Of a DNA stretch of 64,000 nt, positions 63,511 to 64,000 are shown one piece after another; the first letter of the stretch is position 1, and each line of letters opens with the position of its first letter. The notes below the pieces were generated by a model. That model saw nothing but the letters and a program-made list of their open reading frames with translations, was not told where the DNA came from and made no database searches. Location: assembly GCF_018350175.1 (NCBI RefSeq), contig NC_058368.1, forward strand, positions 131,070,001 to 131,134,000, written 5' to 3'. The DNA is from Felis catus. Its lineage: Eukaryota. The position numbers were made by a program, and so were the translations under genes.

Positions 63511-64000
63511 TGGGCTTCGTGTATCCTTAACACACTGCCCAGGATGATGCATTTCGGTTGCCCCTCTTGAAAGGCTGCTGTAGCACCTTGGAATTGTGGC
63601 CTCTCCAAACAAATTCTACTGAAAGTTAAAAAAGGTGCATCAACAGTCAGGGTATTCATCTAAGCATTCTCTAAGGTGGCATTACTCACATACTCTCCCA
63701 AATGACAGAGTGTTCAAATGCTGTGACATGTATCAATACCTTTCCCAGCAGGCCCCTGCCATCTGGGCTGGGAATTCTCTTAGCAGGAAACAAAGCCCTT
63801 TTATATTTACAGATAAAGCTAAAAAAGAAAAAAAAAAAAAAAAGCCCAAAGACCCAGAGGAGAAGTAACTCTCAACTTCCCCTTTTCTGTCATTTGCCCA
63901 CATTTTCTTGGCACAAAGCCTCAGGAGCATCTTCACCTCCCTCTCCCCTCACACCCAGATACCAAGTCCTGCCTGTTCTTCCTTTGATGTACTTTTCAGA

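Noticed and set aside
1..64000. CRISPR array or prokaryotic-type system
   Set aside because: No regularly spaced repeat-spacer array or operon-like ORFs; the sequence is mammalian throughout.

Overview
Mammalian, repeat-rich genomic DNA, almost certainly from a carnivore and probably a felid (17 tRNA-derived Can-SINEs, several of the young felid type, plus carnivore-type LINE-1s). I see no intact protein-coding gene, RNA gene or CRISPR array. Main content: (i) two same-orientation LINE-1 copies about 51 kb apart, one cut by the window start (1-~4210) and one full length with a perfect 19-bp TSD (48790-55806); both are dead, yet they share the same ORF2 frameshifts and show patchy identity, suggesting ectopic gene conversion or a common defective source. 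(ii) A 5'-truncated processed pseudogene of SIRT6 on the minus strand (~18285-19370; C-terminal CDS, 3'UTR and AATAAA), which the ORF track barely shows; its 3'UTR is interrupted by a 135-bp copy of sequence located 2.3 kb away. (iii) A complex local rearrangement at ~43.0-43.6 kb (dispersed duplication, short tandem duplication and fold-back palindrome). (iv) Several solo LTRs and MaLR elements, old L1/L2/MIR and hAT MITE fragments, many nested with readable TSDs. (v) A tentative minus-strand LTR/CpG-rich promoter and an isolated well-formed 73-nt exon. All family names come from recalled consensus sequences and all identities are hand counts; no searches were run.
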